Assembly (NCBI GenBank): GCA_028534125.1
Contig: CM052818.1
Location: forward strand, 15,874,001-15,938,000
Direction of reading: 5' to 3'
DNA length: 64,000 nt
DNA from: Lama glama
Lineage: Eukaryota
Positions 12,542-25,890 of this stretch are shown here, piece after piece (within the stretch, counting starts at the first letter, position 1; every line of letters starts with the position of its first letter). Below the pieces are notes generated by a model. That model made no database searches. It was not told where the DNA came from and worked only from the letters and a program-made list of their open reading frames with translations. The position numbers and the translations under genes are program-made.

Positions 12542-13823
12542 ATCCTTGACATAGAATTTCAGAAGTTATTGTATAAGTTTTACTTTTATTAATAATAAGT
12601 CAGTCCCTCACCTTTCCTGTAGGCTCACTGAGGTTAAACCCCTGTCATTCTTTCCCATCTCCTTCTGGCAAGGTACACAGCCTCAAGTAGATGTTCAATG
12701 CATATTTGTTTATGAGGCCTTCCTCTGAGAATATAAATAAAGTCAGCCTCTAGATCAGTTTAGAAAGTGTACAACTGTTGTGCTGGCTGATATGTGCTTC
12801 TAGGGGAAAAAATACAAGAATTTACTGGAAGGTGTGCTATGCCTCCAGACCTCTTCATGCAGTAGCACAATGTTACATGGAGGATAGTTATCACTCTTAT
12901 TTCAACAGAACTAACTAACTGAAGTGGGGTTACTTTTTTCTTTCAAATGATAAGGTACTCATATTTGTGTGTTACATTTGGTTTATACAATATTGCTACT
13001 AAGGGAGCATTCAAAACCTATTTTGAGCAAGCTTGCTGCTGAGATGTTCAGGGAGCTTCTGATGCTCCTTTCTAGGCAGGTCATGCTCTGCTGGACATGG
13101 TCTGCACAGCCCCTCATCAGAGGTTAAAAGCTACGCTTCATTAGCAGGCTCCTCCTGCTAGGGCTCTCACCTCTGCTCTCCCCACTGTGAAATGCACACA
13201 GACTACCTAGCAGCTCTGATTCCTGAGTGGCATTTATATGCTTGATTTAAGAGAGTAATGACAAGGAGAGTGATCTGTAGAATACATTACAGATAAAATG
13301 CAGGACAGTCAAGGAGATAGCCCCCGAATTGCTCAACGCCTGTTCTCAGAACCAAAGTAAATTTAGAATTAAATTCTCAGATTTGAGGAACTTACTGATT
13401 TTAGTCCTGTGCAGTTTGAAATTCTTCAGTGATTCCAGACTTACTTCTCTTGGGATTTCAGATAACAGTTGGAGGGCAATACTGGGAATCAATATTCTTT
13501 CTAGAAACACCTCAAAATGACCTTCAAATGACCGTGTGGGTATGTGAAGCTATCACTAACATGGTAGGAATAAACGAGGGCTCTTATGAAGACATAAAAT
13601 CCCCACAATTATGAAACTGACAATATAGTTAAAGAGATCAAAAAATATAAATTAGAGTTCCTAACTATAAAAATGCTTTTTTCTCCCTCACTGTCTGAGT
13701 AGAACATAATCTTTGTGGAATAATATACAATTTTAGGAGCAAAAGGAACTGAACTCATTTAAGCTCCATTCAGGAAGTTGCAAGCACTGTTAACAAATTT
13801 GACACACTTATCTTTGCAGTTGA

Positions 13824-13888
<65 letters not shown>

Positions 13889-13904
13889 CATACATATATA
13901 TATA
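13824..13904. repeat. Compound (TA)n(CA)n(TA)n microsatellite
   Basis: Seen directly. Confidence 0.97.
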
Positions 13905-14285
13905 ACAAAATGGAATCATCCAACATATACTATTTTATCACATAATTAATGTAGTTTAATAAATGTAATTAACATTTATTTAAACTTAAAATTAATTTCT
14001 ACATAAATAAAGATAAATATATAGTATCACATGAACTATTGCATAGTATCCATTTTTTGACTTTCCAAAACTGATTTAACCAATTTTTCTGTCATTATCC
14101 TTAAATTATAATTAACATTTCAGTTAATATCCTTGTGCATACAACTTTGAATATATTTCCCTTACTTTCCTCATACAAATTCCTGATAAATGCTTAAGTT
14201 TTTTCAGACATATTTCTAAATTGCCTTGCTGAAAGTTTGCCCTTGGTAATGGCCGCCACCAGAGTGTAAACGAGCCTTTCTCTAC
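13905..14285 (-). mobile_element. Decayed L1ME-like 3' fragment
   Basis: AAATGGAATCAT..., ATAGTATCCATT, TTTAACCAATT and ATATCCTTGTGCATA are typical antisense L1M motifs. Confidence 0.5.
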
Positions 14286-15724
14286 AAAGGAAGATTATGA
14301 GGCAGTGAAGGGAGGACTCCCATGTCTGCAAGTGGGAATGGCAAGTTTTGCAGAGAATAGAGAAGTGACTCTGGGCTTGAAGAATAAGCATTGCATAGGG
14401 AAAGAGAAAAAGAGAAAAACCTTCGGTAATGTTTTGATATTGTTGCTATTCTCCTTCTAAATCACATTTGATGTGGAAGAATTTCAATGGGGAAACTGTA
14501 AAGAAGCTTCATGCTCGCTGCTACAGGATCACCTCTCCTTCAGTCTCCTGGGACAGCACAGGGTGCCCGTCTCTCCTGCAGGCTCAAACTCCTGCACACA
14601 GTTGGAGGGAGGGTACTCCTTCCCACTCACATTTCTATTTCAGTAATTTTAAGACACCAATTAACCAAGTCAATTTTTATGACAAAAGAAAGCACTTTCC
14701 AATATTCAGGTGAATGAAACAAAAGGATCATCTCAAATGTTACCTCCATGCTCCTTCACTCACAGTAGGACTTTACGTCCACATTCTGCTCGTTGCCCTG
14801 TAGTCTCTTCCTCAACTTGCCTGTCAGTAGTACAGACTTCGCCAATTTCTCACGTAGAGAAAATGGCCCAAAGGAAAATGAGAAGTGTAATAGTGGGCAG
14901 GATAGTTCCCTCCCAATTGTAAATTGGTTCTGTCCCCAGTACAAGTTCTCTGCTACTGAGAACCAAAGAATTTGTCCCAAGTGGTGTTTGATTTGGGAGG
15001 ACAAACCTGAATAATTTTTAAGCCTAAATAAGTTTGCCTTTTCAGGTTCCCCTTCTGTATGAAAAAATGCTATTACTAGTGTGCTGGTAAATAGCTTCCT
15101 CTTTCTACTCATAGCATATTAGGAAGAAGTAAAATGACAGACAGCCTTTGCTGCTCTTTTGCAATTTTAACAAATTGCCATTTGTTTGTCTCTAGGCAAA
15201 TGCAAAACTCCTCCTTTTGTAGTGATCAAAACCTAACAACAAAGGCCTGTTGATTGACTAAGTTTTTCAATTTCTAATTAGCAAATTTTGTTCTTACCTT
15301 TGTAGACACCATAAATAAACCCCTTTTACTTGGAAGCTAAAAGGCAAAGATCCTTTGAATCTCTGAGTTATGACACGTACTAAACAAAGCAAGGCTAGGT
15401 TTTGATGTTTTCTTTGGTTTAAACTTATGCTGCAAACAAAAAGAAATAACACCTTAGCCATCAGTTCCTGAATCTTGTAGAAGGAAATTAACCCCTCTGA
15501 AAAAGGACTGACATTTTCTTCCAAGTGAAGGTTTTTCATGGTAGAGAAAGAATGTTTTACTAAAAGGCTGTTAACAAACAACAACAAACAAAAAGGAAAA
15601 AAAAATAATATAAGAGCCTCCATATATTGAGGACCTTCTATGTTCAAGGCATTATGATACAACAGGTACATAAAGAGATTTTTTTTGTTCCCCATAGAAC
15701 TTTCACCACAATTTAACATGTTGA

Positions 15725-15860
15725 CTTTTATTAGCCCCCATTTCACAAGGAACAAGCTGAACATAAGGAGACTTAGAAACTTGCTCATGGTCACTCAGTA
15801 AGTGATAAAGACAACATTTGAATCCAGATATATTTTACTCCAACACCCTGTCCTTTCTAT
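15725..15860 (-). mobile_element. MIR
   Basis: CCCCATTTCACA...AACTTGCTCATGGTCACTCAG...ATTTGAATCCAG. Confidence 0.75.
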
Positions 15861-16908
15861 TCACATTGTAGTATTTTAGAATAGGATGTAGGACAGGGAT
15901 TTCAGGCTTCACCTAACTAAATGGATTCATTTCCCTTTGGGCAATTTTCAAGGGAAGCAAGTAAATGTGAATAGAAGATGTTGAGACATTGTTTAACTTT
16001 CTCTACATGGTAGAAAAAAAAGTTTACTGGTATTTACTGGGAATTGTTTTATCAGTGCTGTAGGAAAGTGATTTATTCTTGAAAAACTTAAAACTTGTAT
16101 TTTAAAATGCTGATTCTTCTCCTATGCAGGGTGAATGTAGCATGTCCAAAAATGAAGTAAGGAGGTCCTGGATGTGGTCCTGGTAATAGGAAGAAGCCAG
16201 AGAATCTAGGAGATATTTCCCATGAGGATATAATGGGATTTGATGACAGATTAATTCTGGGGAGTAAAGAGGATAACATACTAAAGTAAGAGTTTTCTGT
16301 CTTGAAAATCTTAAAGAACATGGGTGTCCCTGTTAGAAATCAGAGGTTGACAGACTAGAGAATGCACATCCTCATGCAAGGTAGTCCTTGACAGGGAATG
16401 GCTGAGTGCATGTTTCCTCAGCGTAGTAGAAAAACATCATTTAGCATCTAAGTACTTGAAGTTTGGAGAGAATTTGTGAGATTATTGCCAAGGATCTGAA
16501 GTTTATTCACCCTGGGATGGGAAGTGAACATTACACTGTTTGTATTCATAAAAGTTGTGGCTTCAAGGATTGCATCTATAAGTCCTAGAAATATGTGAAT
16601 GAAGTTTGCCTGGAAGAAACAATCACTTTATCATCAAAGATCCAAGACTATGTACTCTGCTGTAACTTCATAAGGTGAAAACTTTAATTAAATCAGTAAA
16701 AAAAAAAAAAAAACCCCAACTTGTAGCAGTCAGGGTCCTAACCCTTTTTGTTCAACTGGCAATTTGAGCTTACCCTCATTTATCTAAATACATATCTAGG
16801 TCGACTGCTTGCTGTAGGTTGGGTTCAGGAAGCCACAAACCCACGTGCTTTTTTTGCCCCTTCTTATTCCACACTAAGTTGGATTAAGTTGGAAAGCTGA
16901 CTTTAAGG

Positions 16909-17100
16909 TAGTGGTTTCAGCCACATTTGAATCACATAAAAATGAAGTAAAAGCAAAAGAAAGGACAGAATTCTGATGCTCAGGCCACTCCTTGGATGCA
17001 TTAACTCAGAATCTCTGCTGAGGACATTAGGACATTGGAATTTTAAAAATTCTCCCCAAGTGATAATGATCTACAGACAGAGGTAAAAAACAGAGTGTTA
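16909..17100. mobile_element. MER5-like hAT-Charlie MITE
   Basis: TAGTGGTTTCAG...GATGCTCAGGCCAC...AACTCAGAATCTCTG...TTTTAAAAATTCTCCCCAAGTGAT. Confidence 0.6.
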
Positions 17101-18313
17101 TGGAAGTCTCATTCTAGAAAAATACATACTTCCTTCCTGTTCCTTATTCTCTTCTAATTAGTCAGCTACTGATGCTCTGAGTATATTAGAGATGATAAAA
17201 TAATGCAGCACATATATCCTTCATCCTAGTGGGTGATACACATTTTCTCTGTATACTCTCCTTCTCCTCAAATAAACTTTCTACCCATTTTTAAAAACAC
17301 TTATGACTGAGTAGTTAATTTATTTTCATTTACACTTCAGCATTGGGCCACCACATTTTGTTTTAGAAAACATTTACGATGGAGTTTTTATGTTTTGCAG
17401 AACTGAATCTGCAGTGTGGATCCATCAGCAGGTTGCCCCCACCTCCTGGGGTTTGATTGGCAGGAACATGTTTTCCCGTGGAGTTCTGCCAATAGCATTT
17501 GTGTATAACAAACAAGGCCAAGTCTCAGGAAGGATTTGGGCTGGATGACATGACAGACGCTTTGGCAGAAGTTTTCCTTATTTAGCACGCCATTGTGAAT
17601 TAGTAATAAAACTGCGTTGTGAGGTCTTAGAAAAGTTGAAATGGTGCTTTGAGTCTTACAAATGCTAAAGTTCAGTATATTATTAAATAGATCATTAAAG
17701 AATATAATATGCAAATATTATATTGGAAATAGTCGGCCAAGGCCAACTGTGACAAGCTTTACTTGATAATTTGCATGTTGTACACGAGGTGTAGAAAGTA
17801 ATACAGATCAGCAGTGGTTGGCCTTGCTACATGAGAGGACTGCTGGAACACAACCCTAAGAAATGAGCAGGTATTACTCCTAGAGCTTCAGAATAATTTC
17901 ATAGGAAACATTTCTTAAAAGATATGATAGTAGGCTGACATGATATGGACTTTTTATTTGTTAACCATATTTTCTGATTTTTCTCATTTCTCCATCTTAA
18001 AGCAAAGAACAAAATCTGTCTCCACTCAAGGTGTCCATCCCTTCTATGACAATATTTTCATCCAGTTCTCTGTTTCAGCATCACCTTAGACCATTAAAAA
18101 AGTATTGAACAAAAAGTCTAGAGACTTAGCGTTTTTGCTACTGATAAATTGTCTAACATCTTGAACCTCCATTTTCTCATGTCAATAAATACGTTTATTA
18201 CTTTATTTCCCTATTATACTATATAAGTGTAAGTAGAAAAGTACAAAACGTACAAACATGCTATTCTTGGAGAATATATGAGCTTAATTTGGGGTTACAT
18301 TTCATATTGCCCC

Positions 18314-18652
18314 TGGGGAGGAGCGAAAATGTGTCACCCCAAAATATGTCACTTTGGTATGTGGATTGAGCTGAAGTCAATCAAGACCTAGGGATTAAAG
18401 AAAAAACTTTCATCTCTCCTGTAACTACCTAAAAAATTTAGATAGAGGGCCTGGCCTAGAAAGAGAGCTATTACCAGAGATAACTCTTTATCTGAATAAC
18501 TTATCTGCATGGCAGAGCAAAACCTAATTACCAAACATGTGCTATTGTTACTGTTCTGTGAATTACCCTCCTCCCCTTTGAAGCTCCAGGCTTCTATCCC
18601 ATTCTGGCAAAGAACTTAGAAGGGAAGAAAGGAAATGTTTTCATCCCCTACA
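18314..18652 (+). mobile_element. MER34-like ERV1 LTR, apparently internally deleted
   Basis: Start ...TGTCACCCCAAAATATGTCACTTTGG and end ...TTTTCATCCCCTACA are shared with the LTRs at 29609 and 43898. Confidence 0.7.
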
Positions 18653-18659
18653 CCACTTT

Positions 18660-19865
18660 CAGACCACTGATCTCCTAAATAATCACCTGAATTCTCTCAC
18701 TGACATTTAAATATGCTTCACCTTTCCTATGTAAACACACATACTTAGACACACTCCAACAATTCCTCAGAAGCTACATCCTCTTACATATATGAGAAAG
18801 CCTAAACTCTCATCCCCATTTAGAGTCAGTGTTTTTAGAAGTTGACCATAGGTACTGAATCTTTACCTCCTGTTCCAGTCTGGCTTCTACTTCCATAATT
18901 TTGCTGACACAGCTCTTACTAGGGTCACTAGTGATTTTTATAACATCAAATCTAAGTAATGTTTTATGGTTTTAATTCCTAGGAGATTTTAACACTGTTG
19001 ACCATGCTATACTTCGTGATATTCTCTTTGCCTTTGGATTCCCTTACTAACTTCCTCCTGTCTGAAAGATCATTTTCATTTAAATTTAAAGGATCATCCT
19101 CTTTACCTGGCTATTAGCTGTTAGCATAGTGACAAGTTTGGAACTCTTCTATTTTCTTCTCCATATCATATAATTTTCTCACTAGATATTATCATTCTTT
19201 CCATCCTAATCCTTAGCTATGAAATTAATTCATTATGTTCTCTGACTTTCAGATATATAGTCCCAGCTAAGATGTACCCCTTTCAGGTTCACACTCACAC
19301 AACTAACCAAAATGATCCTCAAAATCATCATGTTCAATTTTAACTCATACTATTCCCTCTGAAGTCCTTTCATAGTCTCCTGTCTCAATAAATGGAACCT
19401 CATCCATTCAGTTCTATGGGCCAGAAATTACAGTCACATTTGGTATCCCTTGTTTCTTTTATACTCTATATTTAATTCATTATAATGTTCTTTATAACTT
19501 CCTAAATTTCTAGATTTCATCTACTTCTCTATATCTTCACTACTTTTACACTAGGCCAAGATACTTTCCTGTCACACCTGGACTAGCAAAGCAGTTTCCA
19601 AAATATCCCCCTACATCCTTTCCACCAACTTGTTACTGGTTCTCTAAACTGTAGCGAGACTGATCTGGTCAAGATGGGACTCCATTCATTTTATTTTCCG
19701 CTTTGCTTAAAATATCTTAATGATTTCACATTGTGCTAGATAAAGATAAAGATGGAAACTCATAAGGTGAACTAAGAGGCTTATAAAATTTGATCAACTC
19801 CTGTCTCTCCAGTGTCATCTAATGACATCCTAACCTCCCTTTCCCATCCATTATGCCAGCTTCAT
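18660..19865 (+). mobile_element. L2 fragment
   Basis: Pyrimidine-rich L2-like motifs: CCAGTCTGGCTTCT, AACACTGTTGACCA, CTGTCTCAATAAATGGAACCTCATCC, CACCTGGACTAGCAAAGCAG. Confidence 0.65.
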
Positions 19866-19879
19866 TCAGCTTTTTCATT

Positions 19880-20720
19880 CAGACTTTATTTTTTACAGAA
19901 GTATTTGAGGTCACAGCAAAATAAAGCAAAAGGAACAGAGCTTTCCCATATACCTCTGCCTCCACACAGCATAGCCTCCCCAACTATGAATGTTCCCCAA
20001 CAGAGTAATACATTTGTTGCAACTGATTGACCTACATTTACCCATCATAACCACTCAAAGTCAATAGCTCCTATTAGGGTTGACTCGGTGTTGCACTTCT
20101 ATGGGTTTGGACAAATTTATTATGACATGTATCCACAATAATAATAAAATGCAGAATAGTTTCATTGTTCAAAAAATCTTCTGTGCTTCTACTAGTCATC
20201 CCTCCCTCCTCCCAACCCTGGGAGACACTGTTCTTTTTACTGTTTCAATAGTTTGTCTTTTCCAGGATATCATATAGTTGGAAACATACAATATGTGGGC
20301 TTTTTTGCTTGGTTTATTTCATTTCATAACATGCATTTAAGGTTTATCCATGTCTTTTCATGGTCTGACAACTAATTTCTTTTTTAGCATTGGATAATGG
20401 GTTCCATTGCCTAGATGTACTGCAGTTTATGTATCCATTCACCTACTGAAGGACATCTTTGTCAACTGCAAGTTTTGGCAATTATAAACAAAGCTGGTGT
20501 AAATATCTGTATGCAGGTTTTTGTGTGAATGTAAGTTTTCAACATACCTGGGTAAACACTAAAGAGTGTTAATTGCTGGATCAAATGGTAAGAATATATT
20601 TAGTTTTATAAGAAAACAGCCATTCTGTCTTCCAAACTGGTTGTACCATTTTACATTCCCACCAGTAATGAATGAGAGTTCCTACTGTTCCACATCTTTG
20701 CCATTTTTAGGTAATGTCAG
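19880..20720 (-). mobile_element. L1MC1-like 3' end
   Basis: AGACTTTATTTTTTACAG...GGTCACAGCAAAAT...TTCCCATATACC 3' terminus, continuing into the antisense ORF2 end (ACCATTTTACATTCCCACCAG). Confidence 0.85.
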
Positions 20721-20904
20721 GCTGGGATTCTGTGGTGGTTTAGGAAGCCTGCCTGAATCCAGTCCTTAAAGAAATAAGTTAACTAAGACAGTCTTATTCC
20801 AAGTCAGCCCAAAGAAATAAAGGCACTGTTGAGAAACCAAGTATAGCATGGAGTAACATGCAAAGGGACTTTTGGTAAGAGAATGTAACATACAATTGGA
20901 TAAC

Positions 20905-20980
20905 TAGAAAAGATATGCTGTACACCTTAAACTTAACAGTGATGTATGTCAATTCCATCTCAATAAAACTGGAAAGAAAA
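20905..20980 (+). mobile_element. Short L1 3' terminal fragment
   Basis: TGCTGTACACCTTAAACTTAACAGTGATGTATGTCAATTCCATCTCAATAAAACTGGAAAGAAAA. Confidence 0.65.
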
Positions 20981-21234
20981 TATAAGAGATCCAACTCCCC
21001 CAGGTCCTCCACCAGAAGTGTATTGTGAGATAAAGCAAGTATGTCCCTGTTGATAAGTGGGTGCAATAATTTACTAATTTGCGAACAGTGGACATGATCT
21101 GAGAACTGAATAACTATATACCTTCATTTATTTCAGAAGAACCTGAATTTTATCTTAGAAAAGCAAATTGCTGACAATAAATACTACTATTTAGTTTTAG
21201 CTTAATTCATTTTGTTCTTTCTAGAGTTTAAGCC

Positions 21235-21475
21235 ATAATAATACTAAATAATTTTAAACCCTTACTCTATGCTGGGTGCCCCTCTAAGTTCTTTATATTT
21301 TTTCTTAATTCATTTTCAAAATAATTCTAGATACTGTTATTTTTTAAACTTTGTAGACAAGCAAATAGAAACAAAGAAGTAGGGTGACTTCCTAGAGTCA
21401 AACATTAAGGAAGAATTGCAGTCACCACTGGAACCTAGTGATCTGTCCCTGGGGCTATTGTTCTTACCCACTGTT
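21235..21475 (-). mobile_element. MIR
   Basis: CTTACTCTATGCTGGGTGC...TAGATACTGTTATT...GTGACTTCCTAGAGTCA...TGGAACCTAG. Confidence 0.6.
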
Positions 21476-24400
21476 TCAGATTCCCCTGTATTATATTTTA
21501 ATTTTTACTTAATATTTGAACCCCCAAAACAGTGCCTGTTACATCATTAGTATATTATAAACAGTTCTTAAACTGATCAGAGTTTTAAAACAATAAGCTA
21601 AATTACCAGAAACATTTTTCCAACAAGATTCTACCATCCATTTGAAGTCTAATTATCCAAAATGGAAAGAAACTGTGCCGTAGGAAGTGAAGACAATTTG
21701 CCAAAATCAGAAAGCTACTAAGTGCCAGAGTTTTTATTCTGACTCCAGAGATTGGAGTCCAGACACTGTGCTTGGACTAACCTGTCATATTGCCTCAATT
21801 ATGCAAATAAATGTGAAAACATTTTAAGATATCTGGTCTAAGTACTCTTTCTTGGCTGACTGTTGAGTTATTTAGGATATCTTTGCATGTTGTCTTTTTT
21901 TCCCTTTGAAATTCCTCTTTCCTACTATTCCATGCTTCTTAAAATACTGATCTCCCCTAAGAAGCCCCTCAGAGTTAACCTATGCTCTCTTTCTTATAAG
22001 TTCTTCCATCTCTCTCCTGTCATTACCATCATAAAATCGTAGCATCTTTGACCTCAGAGATCTTAAACACCACAGATCCTGAGGTGCTTTGGAAATCATG
22101 TCTGAGGTGAAAATGAAGGCCACAGTTCAGGGTTTTCTCACACAGCTATCTAAGGATAAAAGTTGAACTAAAATATACTCCTTATGATTCCCCTGCTTGG
22201 ACTGTTTCCCACATAATATTCTACCTAAATATATCTAGTTGTTCTTTTTCTCCCTGGTTTACACATTTCTTTCTACTATACAAATTTATTCTAATTGTAA
22301 TTAGATCATCTTTTCTATTTCCTTTCTATTCCTCATTTTTGTCTTTGAATTCTCCCCAAAGCAAATACACACTCCGAGTGCAAAATTTAGGGTTCTGCAC
22401 AGTGTTGTAAGGTCATGCGGACTGCTTAACATAGTACAAACAAAAATGAAGGAATGCTAACATAAATTTTTAGTTAGAAATTCACCACAGAGATCAAAGA
22501 CGTGGACTTATGACATCTTGATGACTGCATATTTTTATAAATTATAAGGGCATTCACTATTTTAAAATCAAAAAACAGTTTTTTCCCACATGGAAAATTC
22601 AGGAAGTTTTTCCTGATTTCTCTCTTAACTCAGATTTAAAATCTACAGGAACATTTCAACCATGTTATGCTGATGGGCAGTGTCTTAATATATGTCCAAA
22701 ACAATCTCAGGGGAATAAATTATGTCCCTAGGGCAGCAGTACACAACAAGCCCGTCAGCCATTGTTTCATTTACTTTACCTTTTATTGATCTTTGAAACT
22801 TCAAAGGAGACAAATGAAGGTCAACACACCTAGCACGTACTGGCTAACACTTACTGTAGCTTCTGGTTAGGCTCGGATCTGCCAAATGATAGTTCCCTGC
22901 ATCATACCGATATGCTTCCCTCATAGCAACAGCAATTTTCTGACTTCATCAATGATGCCTATTCAGCAAATAAACTCATTTTGAATAACTTAATTAAGCT
23001 ATTAGTGACTGCAAGGGAGAATTTGTGTAGGTTTTATTTTCTTTTTAAACTTTTCAACAGACACTATTTTTTACAGAAGTTTTGGTTCACAAATTGTATA
23101 GATTTTTACGAGTGAAAATACCAAATCAGAAATTATCAAAAATAAATGCTTTAGCACATATCCAATGTTTATTGCTAAAATGGTCATACTTATTAATTTT
23201 CATATCTTAAACACCTAACACAGAATCTGAAACTTGCTAAATGACTATTTAGCTAAATATATCATTGCTAAACAAATGTTGGCTGAAATTTAAATAGCAG
23301 GAACCCTAATTATTTCTGTATCCATAGTATCAGATTTTTTTTATAAATGAGAATGATGTGGATTTCCTCAGCTTTAATTTTTTTGTGAGCTTTCTTTTCT
23401 TCTAATGCCCTTTTTAAAATAATTTTTTCTTTGTTCTTGGCCCTTCAAATATCTGAACAAAATCTAAGGCATTTTATGGTAAGTACATTCGACAATAAAA
23501 TCTGTGTTTTCAAGGATTTTACCAAACAGAACAAGAAAAAGCCAAGATCTTGTGGATGGTGAACAATGTATTCCTCTAGAGTAAATTATGAAACAAGTGG
23601 CTAAATGGAAAGCAATGTCAGAAAAATCAGGATAACTGGACTTAATTTTTTCCTTTAATTCTTTCTAATCAAAAAAGACACTCACATTGTCAAATAGAAC
23701 TGGGCTCTGCATTTAGACTCATATTTGTTTTTATTACATGACTGTATTTTATTTCATTACAAAATTCATGAACATCATTTAAAATGAAATAAACTATATT
23801 CATTAGATTCTCAAAAGTTCTCTAACAAGTTAGGATTATTTCTCTCTCTCTCCTTTTTCTATATGATGAACTCATTATTTCCATTTGGCATTTCAGTATA
23901 CCAGGAGGTAAGTCTATAAAAATCTCAATTCTTGAAGTTTTATCACCAGACAGAAAATAATTCTTTACTTTCAGATTGAGTGAGAAAATATTGAGGAAGG
24001 ATACCAACTGGCCAATACAGTTTGTGTGCCCATCAGTTGTACGAATTACTATGGCCAGGGGAAGGGTTCTACGATTTGATTGGCTATGGTCAAATATCTA
24101 TTCTTCATCCAATTCAACAGCAACATCAGGGAAGTGGGTTCATTTAATAAGATGGTCCTTTCTATTTTGGACATATGTTTGATAAGAAAAAGGAAAGTGA
24201 GCTGTTCCCCTAAAAAGAGAGTTTAATAAAGCACAACCACTTTGGAGGGAATCAGAGAAACAGAACACCAATCTACTTATGTGCATAAGAGTTTCTAAGA
24301 ATGTAAAGAAAGCATCTCTCTCTTTCTGCTTATTTATTTTATTATCTCTAAGAATATGCCACATTTGGAGAAGATGTATTGCTTTTACTTAAGTTTGCTT

Positions 24401-25669
24401 ATACTTCACAGTACACAAAAATTTAGTGGGTTTTGACTAAATCTACATGTTCAATTAGGCTGCCCAGTTGTGTACTTTCAAACATTCAGCTGATTGTCTT
24501 TTCCCCATTCACTGTTTAGTTTTTAAAACTCCCCACCTCCAGCCTGTATCATGTGCATTTTCAGAATGCCCCATGGAGGTTCTTAACTAAGCTATAATAT
24601 TCTACAAACAGAGAATGTAATTTAGCTTTCTTTCCTCAAGTGATCTGTTAATGGATTATTTTACTTAAATCCATATATGGCACAGTCTTTTCTGCACAGT
24701 GGAAGAAAAAGTAAACAGGAAAACGAAATAAATGCTTGATTTTGATTATACTCTTTGTACCACTCTCATAGAGATCTAAGTAGCCCCAAGGAGGAAATAC
24801 TGAGCAAGGAGATGAATGAGCAGCAAATGTTCAAACAGAACTCAGATTTAGAGTGAGAACCTATTCTCCATTATTCTGGACAGAAGCATGCAAACCAAGC
24901 ATCCTTTGGTCTTAAACAAAGCAAATGCTCTCTTCTCTGGTCCTATATTCACTGTGATCTCCAATGTTCTACCGAATTCAGTGAGTATGCATGGACAAAG
25001 TTAATCAAATGAGATCCTTCATATTTTTAAAGCTGGAAGAATGAAAAAAAAATCTAACTATATTTGAAAGAAATTCCATTGTCCTCTCAGATAATCCCTA
25101 ATGAAGTTCTCTGGTGCGTCTCCAGCTGCTTCTGTGACAAGGCAAGACCATCCCATAGGCTATGAACTTGTGAATTTCAATGGCAGATGCGTTAGAGAAT
25201 TAAGCTAAATGTTTTCATCCTGCTTCAGAACTGCTTATACAGAATGCAAACAGAAAGTACAGATCCACTGAAACATTCTGATCCCTTAGGAGAAAATCAA
25301 GTCCACCAAATGAAGAAAAATGTAGTCATTTTAACCAAAGCTACACATGCTGAGTGACTTAAAGAATTGTGACAATTCTTTGGATCACTCAAGTGAATAA
25401 TGTTTTTCTCTTGTAGTCATTAAAATTATGTCTTTGAAAGCCATTTAATGACATAGGATATAGACACTGAATATTTAGAAATAAAAAAAATGTTAAAACT
25501 CTATTGGTGTGGTTCAAATTTTGAGAGAGATACACAAGCATAACTAAAGCTAAGAAGAGAAATCCACCAACTTGGATTTAAGATTGATTTAAGGATGATT
25601 CTAATTTGATCCTTTTCTAAGTACTTCTATCTTCTGAATAACCTGCATCCAACTGGTCTTCTAATATAA

Positions 25670-25890
25670 TGATTAACAGTGTGGGTTCTGGAGTTAGAAT
25701 GACTGTATTTGAATTCAACTAGACTCTTACTAGGTGGATGATACTGAACAAGTTGTTTTTTCCTCAGTTTTATAATGGCAACAAAACTGATAACATTATA
25801 ACAGCAAAGCTGTGAGAAACTGAAATAATGAATTACATAAGGCTGCTAACACTGCCTGGCATATAGTAAGCTCAATAAATGTTAACTATT
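25670..25890 (+). mobile_element. MIR, near full length
   Basis: GTGTGGGTTCTGGAGTTAGA...TTTGAATTC...CCTCAGTTTT...TGCCTGGCATATAGTAAGCTCAATAAATGTTAACTATT. Confidence 0.85.

Noticed and set aside
15294..15794. Longest ORF (166 aa, minus strand)
   Set aside because: It starts within a MIR, is rich in F and L from T-runs, and has no recognisable domain.
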